Shown piece by piece: positions 1 to 8,791 of a stretch of DNA of 64,000 nucleotides. The notes under the pieces were generated by a model, which was not told the DNA's origin, searched no databases, and saw nothing but the letters and a program-made list of their open reading frames with translations. The DNA is from an uncultured Verrucomicrobiota bacterium (lineage in GTDB: Bacteria; Verrucomicrobiota; Verrucomicrobiia; Limisphaerales; CAIQOK01): positions 43,962 through 107,961 of the forward strand of contig CAIQOK010000034.1 in the NCBI GenBank assembly GCA_903873415.1. Direction: 5' to 3'. A program made the position numbers and the translations under genes. How positions within the stretch are numbered: position 1 is the first letter of the stretch; each line of letters starts with the position of its first letter.

Positions 1-588
1 TTGCAACTTGTCGCGCAGGTCTTTGAGCGTTTTGTCCGTGCAGTCTTCAGGCTTTGAATCCCTCCTTTGCCCTGCGGGTGGTGGGTCGGGAATGGTTGGA
101 TGAACCGGAGTTCCTTTGGAGACTGATCCGGCCATGGATCCGAAGCGGCTTAAGAACCAGCCTGCGCAGCGCTCGGCAGCCGCCCTTTTTTCCTCCTCAG
201 TGAAGGCTTTTGAAGCCAGGGCAAGCCGGTCGATCCCGAGCTTGCGCAGACCGGCCCGGTCACTAGTCATCAAGGTCAGCAGAAAAAGGGCAGGGCCGGT
301 GACTGCCGCAAAATCATCAAAGCGCTCGGTCAAAACCTCCGGGGCGATATCCTCGATTCCCAGGCGAAGCGGAAGTTTCTCTTTGACGGTATCGATGAGC
401 CAGACGGGCAGGTTTGCGGGACGTTTGGCCAGCTTCCGGATGTTTTCCAGAATGAGCTTGGGTTTGGTGAAACCTCCCGGCAGATGCTTTCCGAGAGCGG
501 CCAGGGTCTTGTCCGGCAAGGCCTGAATACATTGATCCAGAGCCGTTTCCATTTCCGGCGGCAGCTGGAGGTCGTTGAGCTTGGTCAT
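1..588 (-). CDS. hypothetical protein, C-terminal part cut by the window edge (196 N-terminal codons present)
   Basis: Absent from the ORF track because it has no stop inside the window. Plus-strand triplets read from position 1 contain no TTA/CTA/TCA until 610-612. ATG (cat 586-588) opens MTKLNDLQLPPEMETALDQCIQALPDKTLAALGKH... Third positions are GC-rich like the neighbours. No family recognised. Confidence 0.5.
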   Translation of the reverse strand, partial: MTKLNDLQLPPEMETALDQCIQALPDKTLAALGKHLPGGFTKPKLILENIRKLAKRPANLPVWLIDTVKEKLPLRLGIEDIAPEVLTERFDDFAAVTGPALFLLTLMTSDRAGLRKLGIDRLALASKAFTEEEKRAAAERCAGWFLSRFGSMAGSVSKGTPVHPTIPDPPPAGQRRDSKPEDCTDKTLKDLRDKLQ

Positions 589-1110
589 GCGGATCGTCGT
601 TGAATGTCGTTATCTGGATGGATTGTGGGGTGGCGGGTATGACAACGGCGGACATACTGGTGAAAAAACCTGTTGTCATGGGAACGGTTGAATCCCGGTT
701 CAGGGAGTGAAAAATCCGGGGGCTTTTCCCGTTCAACCGCGACCGGCAAAGCCAATCCGAATGCCTTTTCCGGTCGGCGATCCCGTTGCGTGGACTTCAC
801 TGCGGCCGGGTGGGTTGTCAGGACCTATTCGATGATCCTCCGTCTGTTTCCGGCCGGCAGCCGGCGTCCTGGCGGCATGTGGCAAAGCAATCCCTGATTG
901 AGGTTCTCATTCAAGGAGGATTGTCGCACTGGAGCGGTTGGGCCTAAACGGAGTTCACCACACCCAACGCCGCTTGAAAGGGCTGGCAGCAACGTCTTGG
1001 GCAATCCGGCCGGATTGCTGGAGCGGTTCGGGAAAGGAGGTTGATGGGTTCGCGGCAAGGTTTTGGTGCGCACGAATGAGGCAACCAAGCCGTTCTGAAC
1101 TTTTGAGTGT

Positions 1111-1335
1111 TCAGGCTGGAGAGAGTTTTTTCCGCTCGGTGCCGCTGGCTTCGCGGAAATCGCTGAGGCGGCCTTTTTTAACCGAGCCGTCTTGGAGCTT
1201 GAGGGTGATCTGCGGGGGCCAGCCGGACTGGGCCTGAGCCACATTTTCCACGACGCCCAGAGAGCGGGAGATTTTGTGGACCATGATTTCGCCAAGAAAG
1301 CCTTCGCCTGTGGCCGGTATTTTGGTTTTTCCCAT
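1111..1335 (-). CDS. hypothetical small protein (74 aa)
   Basis: This is the only ORF in 600-1560 with protein-like composition (MGKTKIPATGEGFLGEIMVHKISRSLGVVENVAQAQSGWPPQITLKLQDGSVKKGRLSDF...). The overlapping 144- and 156-aa ORFs are Arg/Pro/Ser-rich junk. No family recognised. Confidence 0.35.
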   Translation of the reverse strand: MGKTKIPATGEGFLGEIMVHKISRSLGVVENVAQAQSGWPPQITLKLQDGSVKKGRLSDFREASGTERKKLSPA

Positions 1336-1568
1336 GACGCACAGTAGGGGGCAACCCCGCCGCGTTCAATATCCGAATAAAATTGAATCTGGAAGCAAGG
1401 CGTGGCGGGGGCCTAAAGCACGGGTGAACATTGAGTTGGAATTCAAGGGTTGCCCCGCCTTGCGGGTGAGGGCGCTTTTTTGCAAATGCCCGGTCTATGG
1501 GGACTCTTTTGAAAAGCAGGGGTGATCCGTGGGTGGCGGGATGAACTCCGTTTGGATTTCGGTCCGGC

Positions 1569-4349
1569 CTACTTGGGCAAGTCGGACCGGGTGCTTCGGC
1601 GGCGCAGCACATGATTGAGCAGTGCCGGCAGGAGGATCAACCCGGCGACCATGCAGGCCGCCACGCCGGTGGCCATCACGCAGCCCAAGCTGTAGATGCC
1701 CCGGTCCTTGGCGAGGATCAGGCTGCCGAATCCCACAATGGCGGTCAGGCCGGAGACGAGCACGGCCTTGCCGGTGCTGCGGGTGAGTATGCTGGCGTGC
1801 TGCTCTTCGGCAAAGCGGTTCAAGATGTGGATTCCGTTGGTGACGCCGATGCCGATGACCAAGGGCAGTGTCATGATATTGGCGGGATTAAGGGGCACGC
1901 CGAAAAATCCCATCAGGCCTCCGAGCCAGACGACGCCGATGCCGACCGGAAGGAGCGAGAGTAGGACCGAGGAGAGGTTTCGGAAATGGATAAGGACGAG
2001 AACGATGATGGCCGCCAAGGAATACCAGGCTGCCTGCTCGTAGCTTTTCTTTAGAACCTCGGTGTATTCATAGAGTTGAACCGGGGTGCCTGTCACTTTG
2101 GGATCGACGGCCCGCAACTGCTGGAGGAATTTCTCCTGGTTGCCGCGCTGCCAGATGTCTTCCTTGGGATAGATCTGGAGCAAGAATTTGCCTGTGGTGC
2201 CAACGAACATGTGCCGGAGCGCCGGTGGTAGGTCCTCGGCCCTCAGAGGTCCGCTGTCATCCTGGTTTTTCAAGGCCTCGAATGTTTCGCGCAGGTCATT
2301 GAAGAGGGCCTGCTGATAGAGACCGAGCTGCCGGCTGGTTGTTTCCTGCTGCGGTCCGTTTCCTGCCAGCATGTCTTTGCGCAGGGTCGCCAGGGATCCC
2401 CGCAGGCTGGTCAACTGCCGGTTGAGTGCCGGTTCGTTAGTGCCGATTTCCGCGAGTGCCGCGCCGCAATATCCATAGAGGGAATAGAGCGTCAGGCTCA
2501 ATTCTGGGATGTTTACCGGGTGCGCATCGGGCGGATCGAAGCGCAGGCTGGCGAGGTCTTGTTTGATCTCGCCTACCAGCCGGAGTTTGGAGGTTTGATC
2601 CTCGCTGAGGTGCCCGGCCATCGATTCCACGGATCCGACGGCGGACAAATTGGTGATCTGTTGCTCCAAGCTCACGGCCTGCCGGGCTGAATCGGCGATG
2701 ACAGCAGCAAAGAGGAGGGATTGGCCGGAGTTGACCAGTTTGTCGGTGGTCTTGACTGAGGAGAGGTTTGGGCTCTGCATGTGGAGCAGGTTGTAGTCGA
2801 AATAGACCTTTCTGAGCTGGGGCAGGGCGAGCAGGCAAGTGCCGGCGATCAGGATGGTGACGATGATGGGGTGATTGAGCCAGATGGCTTCGATCTGGGC
2901 GCGCCGGTCCGGGCGCTCGACGTGTTTGCCGGCATGGTCGAGCACGTTTTGCCGGCCGCGCAGCAGTAATACGGGCAAAAGGGTCATCATTGGGATGAGG
3001 CAGATCAGCAGGCCGCTGCCGCAGATGACGCCCATTTCCTGGATGCCTTTGAAATTGGTAAGGCCCATGGCCAGAAAAGCGCCCGCCGTGGTGAAGGCCC
3101 CGGTGAAAATCCCCTGGCCCGTGTAGACCATTGCCTTGGTCAGCGCCGACTCTTCGCTTCGGCCATGGCGCAATTCTTCCTCATAGCGCGTGATCAAATG
3201 CACCCCGAAATCGATGGCCAGTCCGACGAGCATTGGGACGAAGGTGATTGTCAGAATGTTCAAATGCCCGATGGTCAGTGTGGCAAAGGCCAGAGTATAG
3301 GCCAGGCCCACGACGAGGCAGAGGGTGGCTTTGATCGGGCGGCCGCTTTCGTTGTAGCCGTAGATGAAAATCAAAGCGCAGATGATTAGCGCCACAATGC
3401 TGGCCAGGGTGGTGTCGATCTGGGATTGCTCCAGCTCGTCGTTATCCAGGACGGGTTGGCCGGTAACTCCGACGTTGAGGCCGGGCATTTCCTGCTGTGT
3501 TTGGGTTACGAGTTGACGGAGGCGGCTGACGCAGGCCGCGTTGAAATCGTCCTGCCGCTTGTCGTTATCCTTCCGTTCGGCCTGGGGCGGCAGGGTGCGC
3601 GGCTGCAGGGTCAGCAGGAAGACCCGGCCCTTGCCGATGGTGATGTAGAGGTCGCTTTCAGCCCCGCTGCCCGTGTCGATAAGCGAGGCGATGCCCGGGG
3701 AGACTGGTTTGCCCCCCCAATGGAGCGAGGCATCGGCTTGGTCGACGATCCGTTTCAGGGCGGGCAGGGCTTTGACGAGCGACTGGGTTTGCTCGTTCTC
3801 CTCGCGCTTGGCGGTGCGGAACTGGCGGTTCACCATGTCAAAGAGCGACACCAGATTGGTGGCGTGGGAGAACTCGTCAATGAAGGGGCGGAAGTCCCGC
3901 AGCATCTTGCGCAGCTCCACCAGATCGTTCTCCGAGGCCATGAGCAGCGCCTTGGACCCGTACATCTTGGGGTTCTTCTTGTAGAAAAGGTTGGTGAAAT
4001 GGTTCGTCTCCGATTCCAGTTTGGTCCCGAGCCGTTCGATGAACTGTCCGCTTTTTCCGGGGCTCTCGCAGTCGACAACCACCAGCAGGTCGTCCTGCTG
4101 CGGGAACTCCTTTTTCAGGTCCAGGAAAAAGTGCTGATACTTTTCATTCGACCCCACCAAGTTGTCCCGGTTCGAGTCGAATTCCAAAAACAGGCAGGTG
4201 TAGGCCACACTGGCAATGAAAAGTACCACCTGCGACCAGATGACCCACTTGCGGTGGTGGATCACCGTGTGGGCGGTCCACGCCAGAACCCGCCCCACCA
4301 GCGAATCATCCCTCAATTGTTTCATGGTCGCAGCCCCGGACCGGGGCAA
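1569..4349 (-). CDS. MMPL/RND-superfamily membrane transporter (HpnN-like architecture)
   Basis: 926 aa with two blocks of clustered TM helices, each preceded by a large soluble domain. The C-terminal block (...GIGVTNGIHILNRF...LVSGLTAIVGFGSL...) is typical of MMPL/RND exporters. An alternative start is M9 (4325). Confidence 0.8.
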   Translation of the reverse strand: MPRSGAATMKQLRDDSLVGRVLAWTAHTVIHHRKWVIWSQVVLFIASVAYTCLFLEFDSNRDNLVGSNEKYQHFFLDLKKEFPQQDDLLVVVDCESPGKSGQFIERLGTKLESETNHFTNLFYKKNPKMYGSKALLMASENDLVELRKMLRDFRPFIDEFSHATNLVSLFDMVNRQFRTAKREENEQTQSLVKALPALKRIVDQADASLHWGGKPVSPGIASLIDTGSGAESDLYITIGKGRVFLLTLQPRTLPPQAERKDNDKRQDDFNAACVSRLRQLVTQTQQEMPGLNVGVTGQPVLDNDELEQSQIDTTLASIVALIICALIFIYGYNESGRPIKATLCLVVGLAYTLAFATLTIGHLNILTITFVPMLVGLAIDFGVHLITRYEEELRHGRSEESALTKAMVYTGQGIFTGAFTTAGAFLAMGLTNFKGIQEMGVICGSGLLICLIPMMTLLPVLLLRGRQNVLDHAGKHVERPDRRAQIEAIWLNHPIIVTILIAGTCLLALPQLRKVYFDYNLLHMQSPNLSSVKTTDKLVNSGQSLLFAAVIADSARQAVSLEQQITNLSAVGSVESMAGHLSEDQTSKLRLVGEIKQDLASLRFDPPDAHPVNIPELSLTLYSLYGYCGAALAEIGTNEPALNRQLTSLRGSLATLRKDMLAGNGPQQETTSRQLGLYQQALFNDLRETFEALKNQDDSGPLRAEDLPPALRHMFVGTTGKFLLQIYPKEDIWQRGNQEKFLQQLRAVDPKVTGTPVQLYEYTEVLKKSYEQAAWYSLAAIIVLVLIHFRNLSSVLLSLLPVGIGVVWLGGLMGFFGVPLNPANIMTLPLVIGIGVTNGIHILNRFAEEQHASILTRSTGKAVLVSGLTAIVGFGSLILAKDRGIYSLGCVMATGVAACMVAGLILLPALLNHVLRRRSTRSDLPK

Positions 4350-4379
4350 AGGCTGTAAAGTGTCGGGTCGGAAGGGGAA

Positions 4380-4718
4380 TTAGCGGAGCGGTTCCACGGA
4401 GACCGCCGTGCCGTAACAGAGCACCTCGGTGATGCCCTGGGCCACTTCCGTGGCATCGTAGCGCATGCCGATGACGGCGTTGGCGCCCAGTTGGCCGGCG
4501 TGTTGGAGCATGAGGTTGTAGGCGTCACCCCGGGCGCGTTCGCACAGTTCGGTGTAGATGGAGATGTTGCCGCCGAACAGGCTCTGGATGCCGGCCCCGA
4601 TATTGCCGATCAAGGACCGGGAGCGCACGATGATGCCGCGAACCACGCCGAAGGAGCGGACCACGCGGTAGCCTGGGATCTCGAAGGTCGTGGTTGTCAG
4701 CGGATGTGTTTGGCTCAT
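4380..4718 (-). CDS. ybjQ: YbjQ/UPF0145 family (putative heavy-metal-binding) protein
   Basis: From the internal ATG (cat 4716-4718) the product is a 112-aa full-length YbjQ-type domain: MSQTHPLTTTTFEIPGYRVVRSFGVVRGIIVRSRSLIGNIG...NAVIGMRYDATEV... The 76 upstream codons of the 188-aa track ORF look non-coding. Confidence 0.8.
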   Translation of the reverse strand: MSQTHPLTTTTFEIPGYRVVRSFGVVRGIIVRSRSLIGNIGAGIQSLFGGNISIYTELCERARGDAYNLMLQHAGQLGANAVIGMRYDATEVAQGITEVLCYGTAVSVEPLR

Positions 4719-4893
4719 AATCGATATCATTGAACACGAGGGCGGGCCGGGTAAAAAGCCAAAATATTGGGCCAATGGCGCTTGACAACCGGCGTCTTTG
4801 GGTTGCACCGTTGCATGAAATCGGCCCACCCCGGTCTTGTGGCCGGGTTGAAGCCAGGAAACACAATCAAAACCCGATACGTCGAAGTCCATC

Positions 4894-5061
4894 ATGAAAC
4901 TCATCCAATTCTTTTCTCTGTTCGTCTGTGTCACCGCTCTGGTCACGGGTTGCGCCGGTGAAAAAGCCTGCTGCTCCAGTAAGCCTGCTTGCGGTCACAA
5001 GTGCTGCATCGAGCAGCACACCGACTGCGCCCATTGCACGGTTTGCTCCGCCAAGAAGTGA
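4894..5061 (+). CDS. small Cys-rich lipoprotein (55 aa), unannotated sORF
   Basis: ATG 4894, TGA 5059-5061; below the 60-aa cut-off of the track. Product is MKLIQFFSLFVCVTALVTG|CAGEKACCSSKPACGHKCCIEQHTDCAHCTVCSAKK. It has a signal peptide with lipobox V-T-G-C. The 36 mature residues contain 9 Cys and 3 His. Codon third positions are host-like and GC-rich. Confidence 0.5.
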   Translation: MKLIQFFSLFVCVTALVTGCAGEKACCSSKPACGHKCCIEQHTDCAHCTVCSAKK

Positions 5062-8000
5062 GGTTCACAGCGCCAGCAGCAGGCGCTTGATCTCTTTCAA
5101 TCGCGCCGGCGGGGCTTTCTTGGTCAAACGTGGGAACTTCCCCCCCCACCATCACCAAGTCGCCCCGCCGTGTCAGCATCAGCTTGTCCTCCTTGACCTC
5201 TATGGTGCCGACGGCGCGTTCGGAGGCGAGAATCTTGAGTTCCGCGGTTTGCAGGAGCAGTTCCACCGCGGGTGGAGGCGGGCCGAAGCGGTCTCTTAAC
5301 TCCGAGTGCAATGAGTCCAAGGATGTTCTATCCGTTGCTTGGGCCAGTTTGCGATAGATTTCAACCCGGTGCTGTGATTCCGGGGCGTAGGTTTCAGGGA
5401 GTTTGCCGGCCTCGGGCAGGAAATCCAGCGCCACCCGCACCTCCACTCGTGGCGGCAACTTCTCCCCCTTCAACCCCGCCACGCTCTGCTTGAGCAGCTG
5501 GCAGTAAAGATCAAAACCGACCGCGGTGATGTGCCCGCTCTGCTCCGAGCCGAGCAGATTGCCCGCCCCGCGGATCTCCAGGTCGCGCATGGCGATCTTA
5601 AAGCCGCTGCCCAGAGTGGAGTATTGCTTCAGGGCACCGATCCGTTTGCGGGCGTCGGTGAGCAACCGGGCATGGCGCGGGAGCAGCAGGTAGGCATAGG
5701 CTTGGTGCTTGTAGCGACCGACCCGGCCGCGCAACTGGTAGAGCTCGCTCAGTCCGAACCGGTCCGCCCGGTCGATGATGATGGTGTTCGCGTTGGGGAT
5801 GTCCAGGCCGCTTTCGATGATGGTGGTGGACAAGAGCACGTCGGCCTCACCGTTGACAAATTTGGTCATCACATCCTCGAGTTCGTCGCTCCCGAGCTGG
5901 CCGTGGCCGACGAGGATGCGCGCGTCCGGCACGAGGCTCTGCAGCTTCTGGTGCATGGCGTGGATGGTCATCACGCGGTTGTGTAGGAAAAAAACCTGGC
6001 CGCCCCGGTTGAGTTCCCTCCGGATGGCATCGCGGATGACCCGTTCGTCATACTGGGTGACGATGGTTTCGACGGGCAGGCGGTCGTGCGGAGGGGTTTG
6101 GATCGTGCTCATGTCCCGCGCTCCGGTGAGCGCCAGGTAGAGCGTTCGCGGAATCGGGGTTGCGCTCAGCGTGAGCACGTCCACCAGCTTGCGCAGCCTC
6201 TTGAACTTCTCCTTGTGCAGCACCCCGAAGCGTTGTTCCTCGTCGATCACCACCAGTCCGAGGTCCTTGAAGGCGATGTCGCTTTGGACCAGACGATGGG
6301 TGCCTATGACGATGTCCACCGCGCCGGCAGGCAGATCGCGCACCACGCGTTGCAGCTCGCGCCGGGTTCGGAACCGGGACAGCAGTTCAATCCGGATTGG
6401 ATAATCGGCCATTCGCTCACGGAAATTGTTGTAGTGCTGCTGCGCCAGCACCGTTGTGGGAACTAGAATGGCCACCTGCCGCCCGTCCATCACCGCTTTG
6501 AAGGCGGCGCGGATGGCCACTTCAGTCTTTCCAAAGCCGACGTCGCCGCAGATCAGTCGGTCCATTGGCTTGGCCCGCTCCATGTCCGCCTTGGTCTCGT
6601 TGATGGCGCGCAACTGGTCGGGTGTTTCCTCAAATAGGAAAGAGCCTTCGAATTCCCGTTGCCAAGGAACATCGGCCGAGCAGGCATGGCCCGGTTGCGA
6701 TTCCCGCGCGGCCTGAATGGTGAGCAGATCGGCGGCGACGTCCCGCACGGCGCGCTCGGCCTGCTCCTTGGCCTTGATCCAGCGGGTTCCGCCCAAGGTG
6801 TTCAAAGGGGGGGTGGCCTTGCCGGCTCCGACGTATTTGCCGACCAGATGCGCTTCAGTCACCGGCACGTAAAGTTTGGGCCGTTCCAGGGCCGGGTCGC
6901 TGGCGGCGTATTCGATCACGAGACATTCTGCTCCAAGCTCCTCTGGCGGCTGGACTGCGGGGTCAGGAACGGGGCTGCGAGCCGGCCTAGGTGCCGAGGG
7001 CAGGCGCTTGAGTCCGAGATAACGCCCGATGCCGTGCTGAATGTGGACAACCAGATCGCCTTCTTCCAGTTCCGTGAAATCAATGTCCAGTACGGACCGG
7101 GCCGCTTGGGCGTGGGGCGATTTGAGCCGGCGCGGGCGCTGGACTTTGTAGCGGCCGAAAATCTCCGCATCGGTCACCACCACTAGTCTGGCCTGTTCGC
7201 AGAGAAAACCGCGCGAGAGGCTTCCGAGGTGGGGTTCCGGTGCGAGCGGGTTTGACGCGCCGGCTTCGGTTATCTGCGGTATTGACGGGGTGAGCCCGTG
7301 TTCCGCCCAGACTTCGATGAAGCGTTGCCGTTCGCCATCGTTGTTGCAAAAAACATGCACGCGGCAGCCCTGGCGCAGCCAGCGATGGAGTTGCGCGAAA
7401 AATTCGCGGCGCTGCGCTTCGGCCACCGCCGGCTCAGGTGCCCGTCCGGTCAGGGGCCGGAATGATTCCAACGAGCAAAAAAGTTCTTCACTCTTCATCC
7501 CGGCCTGCGGGGTGTCGACGTCTTCCGGTCCGGGCGCGGCCGGTTCGTCATCGCCCACTTCCAGCACGGTCATGCCTCGCGCGGTCAACTCTGCCTTAAT
7601 GGCCGCCCAAGTCGTGAAGAGAGGGTCGCCGGGCGGAATCTGGTTTTTGTAGGCTTCCGCGTGCCATTCCAGTTGCGCAGGGTTGCTGAGCAGGAAAATC
7701 GTTTCGGGTGGCAGATACTCCAGCAAAGTGGTCAGGCGGGTGGGTGCCTCAGAGGAGTTGTCGGCTTGCGGCTTGCGGAAGAGACCCAATTCCCCCGCCG
7801 GCGGCAAGGTCACTGAGGGGATCGACTCTCGTGAAATCTGTGTGGCCGGGTCGAAATGCCGCAGTGATTCCAGTTCATCCCCGAAGAATTCCAGCCGCAC
7901 GGGCCAGGCGCTGGTAAGGGGGAACACGTCAAGGATGCCCCCGCGCAGCGCCAGATCGCCTTTTTGGGTGACTTGGGCCTCCGGTTCATAGCCCTGTAAT

Positions 8001-8626
8001 TCCAACCACTCCACCAGATCCAGAGGATCCATCCGGTCGCCCCTCTGGAGTTGCCGGGTGCGGTTGCGGAGTGTTTCCGGCGGAAATGTTTTTTGCAGCA
8101 GCGCGACCACGGAGGTGACGATGCCCGGAGCCGGTGTGGCGCGGCATGGCGTGTTGCCCAGCTCCACCAGTGTTTCCAAGCGTTCGCTGATGACATCGGC
8201 ATGAGGCAGCCGGCCTTCATGGGGCAGGATTTCCCAGGCCGGGTAAAAAAGCAGTCCGGACCCGGAGGGTTGGAGGGCAGCAGAGGCAACGCTGGGCGCG
8301 CCTTTCTGCAGTCCGCAATCCCCGCTTTCCGCTTTCCGGCCGGCCGCCTGCCAAGTGTCCCAATCCTGCTGAAAGCTCTCTTGCGCTTTGAGTCCGTCGG
8401 TGACGACGACCAGGGGGCGGGTGGGTAAAAGTTCCCGGAGGAGGGCGGCCAGATAGGGTTGCGCCGCCCGGGGAATGCCGGATTGCGACACGGTGCCGCC
8501 ACTCCCCAATCGCCGCAGTAGGGTAAGCAGGGCGGGAGTTTGCAAGACCGGGGCAAACCAAGTGCTTGCCGGGACCGTTACGGGAGTTGGTGCCAAGCGC
8601 CAAGACCGTCGCAGGCTGCTCCTCAA
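4943..8626 (-). CDS. mfd: transcription-repair coupling factor Mfd (3' end probably frameshifted; likely true stop at 5065-5067)
   Basis: 1227 aa. Walker A GDVGFGKTEVA and DEEQRFGV helicase motifs, with a CarD-like and UvrB-homology layout. See the finding on the G8 run at 5140-5147. Confidence 0.95.
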   Translation of the reverse strand: MRSSLRRSWRLAPTPVTVPASTWFAPVLQTPALLTLLRRLGSGGTVSQSGIPRAAQPYLAALLRELLPTRPLVVVTDGLKAQESFQQDWDTWQAAGRKAESGDCGLQKGAPSVASAALQPSGSGLLFYPAWEILPHEGRLPHADVISERLETLVELGNTPCRATPAPGIVTSVVALLQKTFPPETLRNRTRQLQRGDRMDPLDLVEWLELQGYEPEAQVTQKGDLALRGGILDVFPLTSAWPVRLEFFGDELESLRHFDPATQISRESIPSVTLPPAGELGLFRKPQADNSSEAPTRLTTLLEYLPPETIFLLSNPAQLEWHAEAYKNQIPPGDPLFTTWAAIKAELTARGMTVLEVGDDEPAAPGPEDVDTPQAGMKSEELFCSLESFRPLTGRAPEPAVAEAQRREFFAQLHRWLRQGCRVHVFCNNDGERQRFIEVWAEHGLTPSIPQITEAGASNPLAPEPHLGSLSRGFLCEQARLVVVTDAEIFGRYKVQRPRRLKSPHAQAARSVLDIDFTELEEGDLVVHIQHGIGRYLGLKRLPSAPRPARSPVPDPAVQPPEELGAECLVIEYAASDPALERPKLYVPVTEAHLVGKYVGAGKATPPLNTLGGTRWIKAKEQAERAVRDVAADLLTIQAARESQPGHACSADVPWQREFEGSFLFEETPDQLRAINETKADMERAKPMDRLICGDVGFGKTEVAIRAAFKAVMDGRQVAILVPTTVLAQQHYNNFRERMADYPIRIELLSRFRTRRELQRVVRDLPAGAVDIVIGTHRLVQSDIAFKDLGLVVIDEEQRFGVLHKEKFKRLRKLVDVLTLSATPIPRTLYLALTGARDMSTIQTPPHDRLPVETIVTQYDERVIRDAIRRELNRGGQVFFLHNRVMTIHAMHQKLQSLVPDARILVGHGQLGSDELEDVMTKFVNGEADVLLSTTIIESGLDIPNANTIIIDRADRFGLSELYQLRGRVGRYKHQAYAYLLLPRHARLLTDARKRIGALKQYSTLGSGFKIAMRDLEIRGAGNLLGSEQSGHITAVGFDLYCQLLKQSVAGLKGEKLPPRVEVRVALDFLPEAGKLPETYAPESQHRVEIYRKLAQATDRTSLDSLHSELRDRFGPPPPAVELLLQTAELKILASERAVGTIEVKEDKLMLTRRGDLVMVGGEVPTFDQESPAGAIERDQAPAAGAVNLTSWRSKPCNGRSRCAARCSTCDRKQAYWSSRLFHRRNP

Positions 8627-8791
8627 CCGTCAAGCCGAAGAGGGTTGGACCGTGCAGTTTGGCAGCCTCGGGCCGGGTGGAAAAGTGGATGAGGCCGACC
8701 CGGTGCCGCCGCGCCCCGGTTCGCAGATGGTGGGGGTTGGTCCGACTCCTGACGCCATAGGTTTATAAACAGGTGCGAGGGAATTTTCGGC

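Noticed and set aside
660-840. Possible cobalamin riboswitch. GGGAGTGAAAAATCCGGGGGC and GTCAGGACCT resemble the GGGAA..GGTGAAAATCC and GCCAGGAGACCTGCC elements.
   Set aside because: The conserved GCCACTG / CCCGC.ACTGT core and a proper B12 box are missing, and no B12-related gene lies downstream on that strand. The resemblance is too partial to call without a covariance-model search.
4719-4946. The long (188-aa) form of the ybjQ ORF.
   Set aside because: The 76 extra N-terminal codons have no YbjQ counterpart and an odd composition, and they would run into the divergent promoter region. The internal ATG at 4718 yields a full-length 112-aa domain.
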